From an uncultured Alphaproteobacteria bacterium (GTDB taxonomy: Bacteria; Pseudomonadota; Alphaproteobacteria; HIMB59), in contig CACKEA010000001.1 in NCBI GenBank assembly GCA_902599045.1, positions 204,985 through 268,984 of the forward strand: a stretch of DNA of 64,000 nt. The letters are read 5' to 3'. How positions within the stretch are numbered: position 1 is the stretch's first letter; every line of letters starts with the position of its first letter. Position numbers and translations under genes: made by a program. Below are positions 1-11,820 of this stretch, piece by piece. The notes under the pieces are model-generated. The model saw nothing but the letters and a program-made list of their open reading frames with translations, was not told where the DNA came from and did no database searches.

Positions 1-2
1 TA

Positions 3-410
3 GCTTCTGAGAAGTATATTAAATCTAATAAAATCAGACCTATAGCAAAAATTTTATCTTGGGCTTCATCAGCCGGAAACCCTGATTATATGGGAGTAAC
101 TCCTATTACAGCAATTCAGAAATTAATGAAGAAAATGGGTGTTAATATTGGTTATTTTGATCTCGTAGAGATTAATGAGGCTTTTGCTGCAACTTCAGTT
201 GCAGTTCAACGATCACTAAAAATAGACCCAAACAAATTAAATATTGCTGGGGGGGCTATTGCTCTAGGACACCCAATTGGTTGTTCTGGTGCAAGAATAG
301 TCACAACCTTGGCTCATCAATTAAGACGAACAAAACAAAAAGTTGGTGTCGCAAGTATGTGTATTGGTGGTGGACAAGGGTTAGCAATTGCCATTGAAAA
401 ACTTAACTAA
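3..410 (+). CDS. Acetyl-CoA acetyltransferase (thiolase), 5'-truncated by window edge
   Basis: Frame open from nt 3; C-terminal thiolase motifs EINEAFAA, GHPIGCSG, CIGGGQG. Confidence 0.93.
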   Translation, partial: ASEKYIKSNKIRPIAKILSWASSAGNPDYMGVTPITAIQKLMKKMGVNIGYFDLVEINEAFAATSVAVQRSLKIDPNKLNIAGGAIALGHPIGCSGARIVTTLAHQLRRTKQKVGVASMCIGGGQGLAIAIEKLN

Positions 411-419
411 AAAATATCT

Positions 420-1310
420 GTGAGTGTTTCTCTTAAAGCAGCTATATTTTTATGTTTTGCTTCCTTATTTTGGTCAGGTAATTTTATAATCGGAAGATTA
501 TCTTCAGTTGAAGATTTAGTATCACCTTTATCTTTAGCATTTTATAGGTGGGTAATTGCTTTTGTTATTTTAACTCCTTTTTGTTTAAAAAAAGCCTTAA
601 ATGATTTACCCCTTTTAAAGAAACAACCCGGTATGATTTTTTTAATAGTTTTAACTGGGCCAACTCTTTTCAATACACTTACATATTTAGGTTTAACTGC
701 TACAACAGTTATTAATTCTTTGTTGGTAATATCAACAACTCCAATGTTAATAATACTTTTAAATAAATTTATTTATAAACATCAAACGAATTTGTTTCAA
801 ATGCTGGGCGTATTAATATCACTAATTGGTGTCAGTTATGTAATTACAAAGGGTAATTATCAAAATATCTTTGATTCAAAATTCTATTCTGGAGATCTAT
901 TTATATTACTTGCTGTAGTTTCCTGGGCTTTGTATTCAATATTCCTAAAAAAAAATGAGACAGGAGTTTCAGGGTTTAGTTTTTTATATCTATCATTTGT
1001 ATTCACGGTAATTTTACTTTCACCTGTATTTTTATATGACATTATTATCCTAAATAATTTCATTAAATTTGATCAGAAAACTTTATTAGTAATTGGTTAT
1101 ACGGGTACGTTTCCTAGCATCCTTTCTTACATGTGTTGGAATACTGGTGTTGCCTTAATTGGCCCCAATAAATCCGGTCCTTTTCTTCATTTAATGCCTA
1201 TTTTTGGAGGAATCCTAGCATATTTAGTCTTTCAAGAGACGCTGCAGAGCTATCATTACGCTGGAATTTTGTCAGTGATTATTGGTATAATGATAACTAA
1301 TAAAAAGTAA
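420..1310 (+). CDS. DMT/EamA family transporter
   Basis: ~10 TM helices in two EamA repeats, starts FWSGNFIIGR. Confidence 0.88.
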   Translation: MSVSLKAAIFLCFASLFWSGNFIIGRLSSVEDLVSPLSLAFYRWVIAFVILTPFCLKKALNDLPLLKKQPGMIFLIVLTGPTLFNTLTYLGLTATTVINSLLVISTTPMLIILLNKFIYKHQTNLFQMLGVLISLIGVSYVITKGNYQNIFDSKFYSGDLFILLAVVSWALYSIFLKKNETGVSGFSFLYLSFVFTVILLSPVFLYDIIILNNFIKFDQKTLLVIGYTGTFPSILSYMCWNTGVALIGPNKSGPFLHLMPIFGGILAYLVFQETLQSYHYAGILSVIIGIMITNKK

Positions 1311-1343
1311 TTAATTATTTCTTTGGATAGGAGGGAAATATTT

Positions 1344-2471
1344 ATGGCTAAAAAGACTAAAAATAGTAAATCAATGAAAAGAAGAAATTTTCTGAAAGGT
1401 GCGGGTGCTGCAGCGCTTGGTGCTGCAGCAGTTTCTTCGTTTCCAACTCCAGCTATATCTGGCGGACACATGGAATGGATCGTATGTTCTGCTTTTGGAA
1501 AAGCAAGTGGTCTTGGTAAAGCAATAGATAGATTTGCAAGTTATATAAACAACCAATCTGATAAATTAAAAATTACGGTTTATCATGGTGGTGAATTAGT
1601 ACCACCACTTGAGTCATTGGACGCAGTAAGATCTGGAGCCGCTCAAATGGCTTATGGTGCAGGTTATTATTGGACAAACATTAGTATGGCTCCATCATTT
1701 TCTGCAGCACTACCTTTTGGTTTAACTGCTCAAGAACAAAATGCATGGTGTTATTATGGCGGTGGCATTGAAGCTGCTGATAAAGCTTACAATTCTATTG
1801 GAGTGAAGTTTCTTCCAATGGGAAATACAGGTAACCAGATGGGTGGTTGGTTTAATAAAGAAATCAATTCTCTTGCTGATTTTGAAGGCTTAAAAATAAG
1901 AATGCCTGGTCTTGGGGGTGAAGTTTTAAAATCTTTTGGTGCTAACACAGTTCTTTTGGCAGGCGCAGATGTTCTTCCATCACTCGCTTCAGGAGCTATA
2001 GATGCAACAGAATGGATTGGTCCTGCAGCTGATTTGGGTAAAGGTTTACACCAAGCAGCTGAGTTCTATTACAACCCAGGTTGGCACGAGCCAGCAACAA
2101 TCTTAGATTGTTCAATTGATATGTTTGAGTGGGAGAAGCTTGATGACGCAACTAAAGAACTTATTACTGTTACTACAAAGGCGGTAAACATGGAAGTATT
2201 ATCAATGTTCCAAGCTATAAATGACAGTGCTTATCAAAAGCTGATTAACGAGCATGCAGTTCAAATGAGGCAGCTTCCTGACCCTGTCATGAATGCTCTT
2301 GGTCAAAGAGCAGGTGAAGTTTGTAGCTCTATTGCCTCAGAAGACCCTGTATCGCAGGCTCTATTTTCACATATTGTTGAATTTAGATCGTCAATTTTAA
2401 GATGGACAAATACATCTGAGAAAGAGTACATGAGAGTAAGAAGTCTTCCATTTACTTATCCATCAGCATAA
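1344..2471 (+). CDS. dctP: TRAP transporter substrate-binding protein (DctP/TakP-like, Tat signal)
   Basis: Twin-arginine signal RRNFLKG; GNTGNQMGGWF and KIRMPGLGGEV motifs; ATG 1344 follows AGGAGG RBS. Confidence 0.9.
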   Translation: MAKKTKNSKSMKRRNFLKGAGAAALGAAAVSSFPTPAISGGHMEWIVCSAFGKASGLGKAIDRFASYINNQSDKLKITVYHGGELVPPLESLDAVRSGAAQMAYGAGYYWTNISMAPSFSAALPFGLTAQEQNAWCYYGGGIEAADKAYNSIGVKFLPMGNTGNQMGGWFNKEINSLADFEGLKIRMPGLGGEVLKSFGANTVLLAGADVLPSLASGAIDATEWIGPAADLGKGLHQAAEFYYNPGWHEPATILDCSIDMFEWEKLDDATKELITVTTKAVNMEVLSMFQAINDSAYQKLINEHAVQMRQLPDPVMNALGQRAGEVCSSIASEDPVSQALFSHIVEFRSSILRWTNTSEKEYMRVRSLPFTYPSA

Positions 2472-2487
2472 ATTCATAAAATCCAAA

Positions 2488-2520
2488 TCATCCCCGTTAA
2501 TTCTTCGGGGATGAGTTTTT
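2488..2520. terminator. Intrinsic terminator hairpin between convergent dctP and dctM
   Basis: TCATCCCCG (2488-2496) / CGGGGATGA (2506-2514) perfect 9-bp stem followed by GTTTTT. Confidence 0.8.
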
Positions 2521-2522
2521 CT

Positions 2523-3899
2523 CTAAAACATTTTATTTGGCAACCATGTTGCTATCTCTGGATAAAAACCGACAATTAATATTGCTAATATTTGTACTCC
2601 AATAAAAGGAATTACACCTTTATACATGTTTCTTGTTTGAATACTATCTGGCGCCACACCTCTTAAAAAAAATAGAGAAAAGCCAAATGGTGGCGTTAAA
2701 AAACTTGTCTGTAAATTTAATGATATAAGAATACCAAGCCATAATGGATCTGCCCCATTTGCTATCAATATAGGGCCTACTAAAGGGACAATTACAAATA
2801 TTATTTCGATATAATCTAGAAAAAAGCCCAAAAGAAAAATGACTATCATAACTAAGATAAGAGCTGCATAAAGACCGCCAGGCAAGTTTCCAAGAAAATG
2901 TTCGATCATCTCATCTCCACCAAAACCTCTAAAAACTAATGAAAACATCGATGCACCTATAAGAATGACGAATACAAATGAGCTTAACTTTACAGTGCCA
3001 ATAGAAGTTTCTTTTAAATTTTTAAAATTTAACTCACCTTTTAAAAGAGCAATTATTGCTGCCCCTACTGCACCGACTGATGCAGATTCTGTGGGAGTTG
3101 CAATTCCAAAAAGTATAGAACCTAAAACCAACACAATAAGAGTTATCGGAGGTATAACCGATTTAGCTGCTTCTAAATATATCTCATTTCTTGTTCTATT
3201 TGTTTCAACTGGTGGACATGATAATGGATTGAATCTAGCGTAAAAGAATATGAAAATAATAAACAAGACCACCAACATTAATCCAGGTAAGATAGCACCT
3301 GCAAATAAATCTATTGCAGTTACAGGATCAGGAGCCAAATTACCAACTAACATAGCTGCTTCTTCATTGGCTCCTTGTAAGATTGTTGCCAATAAAACAA
3401 GCACAATCGAAGGAGGAATGATTTGACCCAGTGTGCCAGCTGCACAAATGGTTCCTGTTGCAATTTTTTGATCATATCCTGCTTTCATCATTGACGGCAA
3501 GGAGAGCATTCCCATTGTAACAACTGTAGCTCCAACAATTCCTGTAGAAGCTGCAAGTAACATACCCACGATTACAACCCCTATACCTAAACCACCTTTT
3601 GTAGATCCAAAAAGCTCGCCAATTGATTGTAAAAGTCCAGCAGCAATTTTTGTTTTCTCTAACATTATTCCCATAAAAATAAACAAAGGAACTGCCACAA
3701 GCGGCTCATTAATCATCGTTCCAAATATTCGTTGAGGAAAAAAACCTAGCATTCTAAAATTGAAAATCTCTAAAGCATTCCCGAGAAATCCAAATAAAAG
3801 GGCCGTTCCAGCAAGTGTGAAAGCAACAGGAAAACCAAAAAGTAATAACCCCAATGTTGTAAAGAACATCACAATTGCTAAAAGTTCAGGACTGATCAT
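2523..3899 (-). CDS. dctM: TRAP transporter large permease
   Basis: Polytopic membrane protein with GTLGQIIPPS and SFLTPPFG DctM motifs. Confidence 0.93.
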   Translation of the reverse strand: MISPELLAIVMFFTTLGLLLFGFPVAFTLAGTALLFGFLGNALEIFNFRMLGFFPQRIFGTMINEPLVAVPLFIFMGIMLEKTKIAAGLLQSIGELFGSTKGGLGIGVVIVGMLLAASTGIVGATVVTMGMLSLPSMMKAGYDQKIATGTICAAGTLGQIIPPSIVLVLLATILQGANEEAAMLVGNLAPDPVTAIDLFAGAILPGLMLVVLFIIFIFFYARFNPLSCPPVETNRTRNEIYLEAAKSVIPPITLIVLVLGSILFGIATPTESASVGAVGAAIIALLKGELNFKNLKETSIGTVKLSSFVFVILIGASMFSLVFRGFGGDEMIEHFLGNLPGGLYAALILVMIVIFLLGFFLDYIEIIFVIVPLVGPILIANGADPLWLGILISLNLQTSFLTPPFGFSLFFLRGVAPDSIQTRNMYKGVIPFIGVQILAILIVGFYPEIATWLPNKMF

Positions 3900-4423
3900 G
3901 ATTTATTAATTGATTTATGGCGATCTGTCAGTACAAGAATTGATTTAGAAATATTTGAAATCAATTGAAGAAATAAGACTAAACAAAACCATAGAATTGC
4001 ACTTTTTAAGATAAATAAAGCAGGCATACCACCAGCTTCTCTTGAAACTTCTCCCATTAAAAAAGAACGGTATACAAAAGGATAACTATAGCTCCAGATA
4101 AGATATAAAAAGGGTAACAATAAAAAAATATTTCCCAATAGGTCCACAATAGATTTATATTTTTTTGATGCCCCTCTATAAAAAACATCAATTCTTACAT
4201 GTTCATTAGCTAAATAAGTAAAGCCAGCACCTAGCATAAATATAAAACTATGAAGCCATACATAAACCTCTTGCATCCAAATGAAACCAATATTGAAGCC
4301 GTATCTAAGTACAACAACTGTGAAAACCACTATTACCATCGATGATACAAAGAATGCACAAAGGTATCCAACAAATGTGTTAAAACGATCAATATATTTG
4401 GATATTTGAACTAAAACAGACAT
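3896..4423 (-). CDS. dctQ: TRAP transporter small permease
   Basis: 4 TM helices, QE..W and HVRID motifs; start moved to ATG 4423 because the upstream part of the track ORF runs through a structured non-coding element. Confidence 0.88.
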   Translation of the reverse strand: MSVLVQISKYIDRFNTFVGYLCAFFVSSMVIVVFTVVVLRYGFNIGFIWMQEVYVWLHSFIFMLGAGFTYLANEHVRIDVFYRGASKKYKSIVDLLGNIFLLLPFLYLIWSYSYPFVYRSFLMGEVSREAGGMPALFILKSAILWFCLVLFLQLISNISKSILVLTDRHKSINKS

Positions 4424-4474
4424 AGCTGGTGAGTATATATAGACAATATAAATAATAAAAAGGGTAAATTCATA

Positions 4475-4555
4475 GGTCGTGGTGCCAACTTTAAAAATAA
4501 AGCTTTTCTCATGCGGGGTGAGATTCGGCACATTTAAACAAAAATGTTCACGACC
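4475..4555 (-). ncRNA. Candidate structured RNA (multi-stem junction) of unassigned family, upstream of dctQ
   Basis: GGTCGTG/CACGACC closing stem, GTGCC/GGCAC, TCTCA/TGAGA, AGCTTT/AAAGTT (G-U pair on minus strand) and ACATTT/AAATGT stems in 81 nt. Confidence 0.55.
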
Positions 4556-4699
4556 AACTCTCACTTTATTAGATTTTTTATCGTTTTCAGACCTCTAATT
4601 TTTACTAAAAGCATATTTGATCAACATTTTTTCCACAATTTGATTAATTGATATAATGCATGAATTAATAAAATAATAGCTTTTTACTATAAGATATTT

Positions 4700-5086
4700 T
4701 TGAATATATTTCCTTTTATGGCTCCTTTATCACCACATTTGCAGATTTATAGACCTTTTTTAACTATGATATTCTCTATTTCTAGTAGAATAGGAGTCAT
4801 TGCATTTGCATTCTCAATTCCTTTTTTTGCAATCTGGTTAGGTAGTGCAAATATACTTCCTCAGCTCAATCTTCTTTTAACTATGTTCATCAACTTGTTA
4901 CCAGTAAAGTTGATATTTATTTTTTGGTTTTTTATTTTCAACCATCATTTATTAAACGGTTTTAAATATTTTCTATGGTCTTTTGCAATTGGAATGGAAA
5001 TAAAAAATGTTTACTTAGTTACATACATTATATTAGTAGCAAATATAATAATGACAATAGTATTTTCATTGATGGTGCTGTTTTGA
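4700..5086 (+). CDS. sdhC: Succinate dehydrogenase cytochrome b subunit
   Basis: PLSPHLQIY motif, HHLLNG heme-ligand region, first gene of sdh operon. Confidence 0.85.
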   Translation: MNIFPFMAPLSPHLQIYRPFLTMIFSISSRIGVIAFAFSIPFFAIWLGSANILPQLNLLLTMFINLLPVKLIFIFWFFIFNHHLLNGFKYFLWSFAIGMEIKNVYLVTYIILVANIIMTIVFSLMVLF

Positions 5087-5394
5087 AAGCCTCGCAAAAA
5101 TGGAAAATTGAAAGAATTTTGTATCTTGTGTTAATCCCAATTAGTTATTGGTTTGTGTTGTTTTTTATAAATTCCCATTCTGATATAAATTCTCTAAATA
5201 TGTTATTATCAAATATGACTAATAAGATTTTACTATTAATTTTTTTTGTTGTATCCATGTTTCACATAAGAATTCAGTTAGGAAAAGTTTACGAGGATTA
5301 TTTTAAATTTAATCAAATGAAAACCTATTCCTTTTTAACTGATGTGGGTATTGGAGTCTCGTTCTTAATTTTTTTACCGGTATTATTTTTTTAA
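5083..5394 (+). CDS. sdhD: Succinate dehydrogenase membrane anchor subunit
   Basis: TTG start overlapping sdhC stop (TTGA); W..ER and H...G..V.EDY motifs; between sdhC and sdhA. Confidence 0.8.
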   Translation: MKASQKWKIERILYLVLIPISYWFVLFFINSHSDINSLNMLLSNMTNKILLLIFFVVSMFHIRIQLGKVYEDYFKFNQMKTYSFLTDVGIGVSFLIFLPVLFF

Positions 5395-5395
5395 T

Positions 5396-7174
5396 ATGAA
5401 TTTTACTGATCATAAATTAGATGTTGTTGTTCTAGGTGCCGGAGGAGCGGGCTTAAGAGCTGCTTTGGGATGTTCTGAGCAAGGCCTTAAGACTGCATGT
5501 GTTTCAAAAGTTTATCCTACAAGAAGCCATACAGTGGCAGCACAAGGAGGCATAGGTGCTGCGTTAGCTAACATGGGTGAAGACAGTTGGCAATGGCATA
5601 TGTTTGACACCGTAAAGGGCTCTGATTGGCTTGGTGACCAAGACAGTATTGAGTATTTATGTGCAAATGCAGTTGACTCTATTGTTGAATTGGAGCACTA
5701 CGGCATGCCATTTTCTAGAACTGAGGATGGTAAAATATACCAAAGACCTTTTGGTGGGCACATGACAAAAAATGGTAAAGGCGAACCTGCAAGTCGAGCT
5801 TGTGCTGCAGCTGACAGAACAGGACACGCGTTGCTTCATACATTATATCAGCAAAGCCTTAAAAATAACGTTGATTTCTTTAACGAATACTTTGCAATTG
5901 ATTTACTAAAAGATAATAACGATGCAATTTGTGGTCTCTTAGCAATAAATATTGAAGATGGGTCATTGCACCGTTTTATTGCAAAAATGACAATTTTAGC
6001 TACGGGCGGTTACGGAAGAATATTTCAATCCTCTACAAGCGCTCATATTTGCACTGGTGATGGCGCAGGTATTGCGCTTAGGGCAGGACTTCCGTTATCT
6101 GATATGGAGTTTATTCAGTTTCACCCTACTGGAATATACGGTGTTGGTGTTTTAATATCAGAGGCAGCTAGAGGTGAGGGGGGTATTTTAAAAAATAAAG
6201 AAGGTACAAGATTTATGCTTGAGTATGCCCCAAATGCTAAAGACCTTGCAGCTAGAGATGTTATCTCAAGATTTATTAGTAAGGAGATCAGTGCTGGTAG
6301 AGGTTGTGGTCCTAATAAAGATTATATAAATCTTCATTTAGAACACCTTGATGCTGATATGCTTGCTAAAAGACTGCCTGGTATCTCTGAGTCTGTTAAA
6401 GCTTTTTGTGGGAGAGATATCTCTAAAGAACCAATTCCAGTTATCCCAACTGTTCATTATTGTATGGGAGGAATCCCAACTAATTTCAAGGCAGAGGTTT
6501 TGAAACCTAATGACTCTAATACAGAAGAAGTATGTAAGGGATTAATGGCAATAGGTGAAGCGGCATGCGCATCAGTTCATGGAGCTAATAGACTTGGAAC
6601 TAATGCTCTTGCAGAACTTGTCGTTTTTGGAAGAGGTGCAGCTATACAAGCAGGACAAGTCATTGATAGTAACGAGTCATTGAGGATGCCATCCCACTCA
6701 CAAACAAATTTAATAATAGAAAGACTTGAATCAATCAAAAATAATAAAGGCGATGTATCGGTCGGAGAGTTAAGAGAAAAGATGCAAAAGACTGTCCAGA
6801 AAAGATTTGGTGTTTACAGAGAGAGTGAAACCTTAAAACTGGGCAACGACGAATTGTATTCAATGTCCCAAGATCTTAAACATATTAAAGTCAAAGATCA
6901 GTCAGATGTTTTTAATACAGACCTAATTGAAGCTTTAGAGCTTCATAACTTAATGCAAGTCGCAGGTAGTGTCGGTGTTTCAGCTGAACAAAGAACTGAA
7001 AGTAGAGGTGCACACGCCAGAGAAGATTTTCCAGAGAGAGATGATGAAAATTGGCTTAAACACACACTTTTTTGGGGAGATGCTACAGATTATAAGGTCA
7101 CTCACAGGCCTGTAAGAATGACAACATTAAGCAATCAAATTTCTGTCATACCTCCACAAGTAAGGGTTTACTAA
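5396..7174 (+). CDS. sdhA: Succinate dehydrogenase flavoprotein
   Basis: GAGGAG FAD motif, [10 protein letters not shown] covalent-FAD His, QFHPTG, HGANRLG. Confidence 0.98.
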   Translation: MNFTDHKLDVVVLGAGGAGLRAALGCSEQGLKTACVSKVYPTRSHTVAAQGGIGAALANMGEDSWQWHMFDTVKGSDWLGDQDSIEYLCANAVDSIVELEHYGMPFSRTEDGKIYQRPFGGHMTKNGKGEPASRACAAADRTGHALLHTLYQQSLKNNVDFFNEYFAIDLLKDNNDAICGLLAINIEDGSLHRFIAKMTILATGGYGRIFQSSTSAHICTGDGAGIALRAGLPLSDMEFIQFHPTGIYGVGVLISEAARGEGGILKNKEGTRFMLEYAPNAKDLAARDVISRFISKEISAGRGCGPNKDYINLHLEHLDADMLAKRLPGISESVKAFCGRDISKEPIPVIPTVHYCMGGIPTNFKAEVLKPNDSNTEEVCKGLMAIGEAACASVHGANRLGTNALAELVVFGRGAAIQAGQVIDSNESLRMPSHSQTNLIIERLESIKNNKGDVSVGELREKMQKTVQKRFGVYRESETLKLGNDELYSMSQDLKHIKVKDQSDVFNTDLIEALELHNLMQVAGSVGVSAEQRTESRGAHAREDFPERDDENWLKHTLFWGDATDYKVTHRPVRMTTLSNQISVIPPQVRVY

Positions 7175-7978
7175 ATGGTACAACTCACTCTTCCTAAAAA
7201 CTCAATTCCTGTTAAAGGAAAATCATATTCCAATGTAGATCTTATTGATGAACAGTCCCAACAAAACCATGACATCAGAATTGTAAATGTTTACCGATGG
7301 TCAGGTGAAGAAGATACTCCCCCTCAAATAGATCGATTTGAAATTGATGTAGCTAAAGCAGGGACAATGGTTTTGGATATATTAAATAAAATTAAAGCTG
7401 AGGTTGATCCAAGCCTAACTTTTAGAAAATCATGTAGAGAAGGTGTTTGTGGATCATGTGCAATGAATATAGATGGTGTCAATACACTTGCATGCCAGAA
7501 ACATATAGAGGAATGTTCTGATGAAATTAACATATACCCTCTTCCTCATATGAGAGTTTTAAAAGATTTAGTGGTAGATTTGAAAAAAGCTTTCGAACAA
7601 TTTAAATCTATAAAGCCATGGTTAAATAAAAAATCTCCAAATAATGAAAGAGAAAATATACAGTCAGTCGAAGATAGAGATAAGCTAGATGGCAAATGGG
7701 AATGTGTAATGTGCTTTTCTTGTAGTACCTCTTGTCCAAGTTATTGGTGGAATGAAGATGAATATTTAGGACCTGCTGTGTTACTTCAAGCAAACCGCTG
7801 GATAAAAGATAGTAGAGATGAAGAGAAAAAAGAAAGGTTGAATGAGTTGGATGATAGTCTTAAACTATATAGATGTCACTCAATCATGAATTGTACCAAT
7901 TCCTGTCCGAAAGGATTAAACCCAGCTAAAGCTATAGCTGAAATAAAGCATGAAATATCCAAAATGGATAATAAGTGA
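7175..7978 (+). CDS. sdhB: Succinate dehydrogenase iron-sulfur subunit
   Basis: [34 protein letters not shown] Cys clusters. Confidence 0.98.
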   Translation: MVQLTLPKNSIPVKGKSYSNVDLIDEQSQQNHDIRIVNVYRWSGEEDTPPQIDRFEIDVAKAGTMVLDILNKIKAEVDPSLTFRKSCREGVCGSCAMNIDGVNTLACQKHIEECSDEINIYPLPHMRVLKDLVVDLKKAFEQFKSIKPWLNKKSPNNERENIQSVEDRDKLDGKWECVMCFSCSTSCPSYWWNEDEYLGPAVLLQANRWIKDSRDEEKKERLNELDDSLKLYRCHSIMNCTNSCPKGLNPAKAIAEIKHEISKMDNK

Positions 7979-8919
7979 ATAAAATTTCACTGATTGGCGC
8001 TGGAAATATCGGCGGTACTCTCGCACATTTAGCCGCTTTAAAAAAACTCGGAAATGTAACACTAATAGATGTTGTAAAAGGAATGCCCCAAGGAAAAGCC
8101 CTAGATCTCAGCCAATCTTCTGCCGTTGAAGGTTTTACAAGGTCGATAGAGGGCACAAATGATTTTTCCAAAATGAAGGGATCTGACGTCATTATCATAA
8201 CTGCTGGTTTACCTCGTCAACCTGGAATGAGCAGGGATGATCTTTTAGAGACCAATGGGAAAATAATTAAAAAAATAGCTCTAGATATAAAAAAATATGC
8301 CCCAAAAGCATTTGTTATTTGTATCACAAACCCCTTAGACGCAATGGTATACGTACTTCAAAAATATTCTAAACTTCCAAAAAATATGTGTGTTGGCATG
8401 GCTGGAGTATTAGACTCTTCTCGAATGAAATATTTCTTATCAGATGCTTTGAACGTTTCTGTGAATGATGTTGAAACATTTGTATTAGGAGGACATGGAG
8501 ATGACATGGTTCCTCTTATTAACTATACAACAATTGGAGGGGTGCCTTTAATGGACTTCCTAAAGCTTAAAAAATTTCCTTACTCAAAAATTGAAAAAAT
8601 AGTCAATCGAACAAGAATGGGTGGAGGAGAGATAGTGAAATTACTTAAAAGAGGATCTGCTTTTTATGCACCTGCAAGTTCAGCCATTGTGATGGCAGAG
8701 GCATTTTTATTCGATCAAAAAAAAATATTACCCTGCGCAGCATTTATTAATGGTCAATATGGTCTTAGCAATATGTATATGGGCGTTCCTACAATTATTG
8801 GAAAAAAAGGAATTGAAAAAATTATTGAGGTAAAACTCACCTCTAAAGAAAAGTTAATGCTAAAAAAATCTGTTAAATCTGTTCAAGGATTAGTATCAGC
8901 AGTCGATAAGCTTTTATAA
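7975..8919 (+). CDS. mdh: Malate dehydrogenase (LDH-like)
   Basis: GAGNIG Rossmann motif, [17 protein letters not shown]. Confidence 0.97.
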   Translation: MNKISLIGAGNIGGTLAHLAALKKLGNVTLIDVVKGMPQGKALDLSQSSAVEGFTRSIEGTNDFSKMKGSDVIIITAGLPRQPGMSRDDLLETNGKIIKKIALDIKKYAPKAFVICITNPLDAMVYVLQKYSKLPKNMCVGMAGVLDSSRMKYFLSDALNVSVNDVETFVLGGHGDDMVPLINYTTIGGVPLMDFLKLKKFPYSKIEKIVNRTRMGGGEIVKLLKRGSAFYAPASSAIVMAEAFLFDQKKILPCAAFINGQYGLSNMYMGVPTIIGKKGIEKIIEVKLTSKEKLMLKKSVKSVQGLVSAVDKLL

Positions 8920-8970
8920 TTAAAAATAAAATGACTTTTTTATGAGATAAGCGTATACATTATCTTATTA

Positions 8971-11820
8971 ATGAGATCTTATAATTCATTTCTCACAACC
9001 AATAATGTTTCTCAAGTTATTTCTATTTATAAAGATTACATAAAAGACCCTAATCTTGTTGATAAAAGTTGGCATAATTTTTTTGATACCCTCGCGCCAG
9101 AAGAAATTTCTATTTTAGCAGACTATCAAAAAATTGATTGGTCAAAAACCTCAAGAGATAAAGACTTTAATCAAACTTCAATTGATCAAGCAATCACTGA
9201 CTCTTTAAGACTAGTAATGATGATCAGAGCCTACAGAGAAATAGGCCACCTAATTGCTGACTTAGACCCTTTAGGTTTAATGATTAAAAATAGTCCATCA
9301 GGCTTAGACCCAGAGTATTATGGTTTTCAAGAAAAGGATTATGATCGTAAAATTTTCTTATTTGGTTATTTGGGTTTTCAGAAGGCCACTGTAAGAGAAG
9401 TTTTCGAAAAACTCCAGAGTATATATTCTGGAACCTTAGCAATCGAATATAAACACATTCAATCTGCTGAGGAATACAAATGGTTAAAAGACAGAATTGA
9501 AGAAAAAAAAGATATGCTTTTAACCCCTAAGGGGAAAAGAACGATATTGGAGAGATTAATCAATGCAGAATATTTTGAAAAATTTTTAGATACGAAGTAT
9601 AGAGGCACAAAAAGATTTGGGCTTGAAGGTGCTGAGTCAACAATACCAGCACTTGAACAGATCCTAAAAAGATCATCAGAATATGGCGTTGAAGATTTTT
9701 CTTTTGCGTGTGCACATAGAGGAAGACTGAACATTTTGGCAAATATTGTAAAAAAACCGCATGTTCAAATTTTTAGTGAGTTTATTCACGGTGGAGAAAA
9801 TGCTCTTAGCGATCAAGGATCGGGTGATGTTAAGTACCACCTAGGTGCAAGCTCTGATAGAAGTTTTGGAGGGAATATAATTCATGTCAGTATGGCAGCA
9901 AACCCCTCACATTTAGAGGCAGTAAATCCAGTAGTTGCTGGGAAAATAAGGGCTAAACAGACTATTATTCAAGATAAAAATAATTCAAAAGTTTCAGGAC
10001 TATTAATTCACGGTGACGCTGCAATAGCAGGACAAGGTATTGTTGCTGAAACTTTCGCAATGTCTCAATTAAATGGATACAGAATTGGTGGAATAATTCA
10101 TTTTATTATTAACAATCAAATTGGATTTACAACAAGCCCTCAGTACAGTAGGTCAGCTCCTTATTCATCAGAAATAGGAAAAGTTGTTCAATCCCCTATT
10201 TTGCATGTTAACGGAGATGATCCAGAAGCAGTGGTTTTAGCATCAAGAGCTGCAACAGAATTTAGAAATACTTTTAAAAAAGACACACTCGTAGATATGT
10301 TTTGTTACAGAAAGCATGGACATAACGAGGGTGATGAACCTTCATTTACTCAACCATTAATGTATCAAACTATTAAAAAGAAAAAAACTGTTGCCAGTAT
10401 TTATGCCGACAAACTTATAAACCAAGAAATAGTTAATACAAAACAAGTAGATTTTATCAAAGATCGAATATGGGCGGATCTTGAAAAAAAATTTGAAAAA
10501 GCGAAAAATTATAAGCTAAAAACTAAATCCTGGATGGGTGGTCAGTGGAGTGGATTAAGTCGTGCTCCAAAAGATCCTCTGAGAAGAGGAAGAACAGCAG
10601 AGTCAGAAAAGTCTTTGAAAGACATTGGTTTAAAAATTTCTCAGACTCCAAAAGAATTCAACCTTCATCCAAAATTAGAAAAGTTTAATAAATCTCGATT
10701 GAACTCAATCAATTCAGGAAAGGGCATTGACTGGTCTTTTGCTGAAGCTTTGGCATTTGGCGCTCTATTAAAAGAGGGCTACAGAGTTCGACTTGCAGGA
10801 CAGGACTCAGGAAGAGGAACCTTTAGCCAAAGACACTCTGTTTTTTATGATCAAAAAACAGAAGAGCGCTATATACCTCTTAATCATATATCTAAAAAAC
10901 AAAAAGAATTTGAGGTGATTGATAGTTTTTTATCAGAATTAGGAGTCTTAGGTTTTGAATATGGATACACATTAGCTGATCCAAACACTCTCGTTTTATG
11001 GGAGGCACAATTCGGAGATTTTGCTAATGGAGCTCAAATTATAATTGATCAATTTATCACCTCTAGTGAGAGGAAATGGATGCAAATGAGCGGATTAGTT
11101 TTACTTTTACCGCACGGTCATGAGGGCATGGGCCCGGAACATTCAAGTGCAAGAATTGAGAGATTTCTTCAAATGGCAGCTGAAGATAATGTTCAGATAT
11201 TAAATTGCACTACACCTGCGAGTTACTTTCATGCTCTACGAAGGCAAATACATAGAAATTTCAGAAAGCCTCTAATAGTATTCACCCCTAAATCTACACT
11301 TCGCCATCCAAATAATGTTTCTTCTATTGATGAATTTACTGGACGTTCATCATTTCATCGTATTATAGAGGATGAAATAAAAGATCCTAAAAGAGTAATA
11401 TTTTGCACAGGCAAAATATTTTACGAGTTAGATGACTTCAGAACAAAAAATAAAATTAAGGATGTAAAAATTGTGCGTATTGAGCAAATTTATCCATTCC
11501 CTTTTGATGCCATCGGGGATGTTATATTAAAACATAAGGATTGTGAGATTTTATGGGTTCAAGAAGAACCAAAAAATATGGGAACATGGAGTTTTGTTAA
11601 AAGTCGTATCAGACATGTTTTGGTTAAAAACAATTTATCTAATAAAGTTCATTATGTGGGGAGACGTGCTGCTGCAGCTCCAGCAACAGGGATATCAAAA
11701 AGGCATATTACTAATCAGTTACTAATTAAAGAATTAGCTCTTAAATCATCATTAAAAAGTGTTATAAAAGAAAGAAGTGGTGTCAGTTTTATGAAATTTA
11801 AAAACTTACCAAAAGAATAA
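8971..11820 (+). CDS. sucA: 2-oxoglutarate dehydrogenase E1
   Basis: [28 protein letters not shown] motif, WEAQFGDF. Confidence 0.97.
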   Translation: MRSYNSFLTTNNVSQVISIYKDYIKDPNLVDKSWHNFFDTLAPEEISILADYQKIDWSKTSRDKDFNQTSIDQAITDSLRLVMMIRAYREIGHLIADLDPLGLMIKNSPSGLDPEYYGFQEKDYDRKIFLFGYLGFQKATVREVFEKLQSIYSGTLAIEYKHIQSAEEYKWLKDRIEEKKDMLLTPKGKRTILERLINAEYFEKFLDTKYRGTKRFGLEGAESTIPALEQILKRSSEYGVEDFSFACAHRGRLNILANIVKKPHVQIFSEFIHGGENALSDQGSGDVKYHLGASSDRSFGGNIIHVSMAANPSHLEAVNPVVAGKIRAKQTIIQDKNNSKVSGLLIHGDAAIAGQGIVAETFAMSQLNGYRIGGIIHFIINNQIGFTTSPQYSRSAPYSSEIGKVVQSPILHVNGDDPEAVVLASRAATEFRNTFKKDTLVDMFCYRKHGHNEGDEPSFTQPLMYQTIKKKKTVASIYADKLINQEIVNTKQVDFIKDRIWADLEKKFEKAKNYKLKTKSWMGGQWSGLSRAPKDPLRRGRTAESEKSLKDIGLKISQTPKEFNLHPKLEKFNKSRLNSINSGKGIDWSFAEALAFGALLKEGYRVRLAGQDSGRGTFSQRHSVFYDQKTEERYIPLNHISKKQKEFEVIDSFLSELGVLGFEYGYTLADPNTLVLWEAQFGDFANGAQIIIDQFITSSERKWMQMSGLVLLLPHGHEGMGPEHSSARIERFLQMAAEDNVQILNCTTPASYFHALRRQIHRNFRKPLIVFTPKSTLRHPNNVSSIDEFTGRSSFHRIIEDEIKDPKRVIFCTGKIFYELDDFRTKNKIKDVKIVRIEQIYPFPFDAIGDVILKHKDCEILWVQEEPKNMGTWSFVKSRIRHVLVKNNLSNKVHYVGRRAAAAPATGISKRHITNQLLIKELALKSSLKSVIKERSGVSFMKFKNLPKE

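Noticed and set aside
4424-4564. 48-residue N-terminal extension of DctQ in the ORF track
   Set aside because: Runs through the structured element, has no DctQ-like character; ATG 4423 gives a normal-length protein
6001-6016. TACGGG..TACGGA pair inside sdhA
   Set aside because: 10-bp period, encodes the conserved TGGYG motif, no tRNA core nearby
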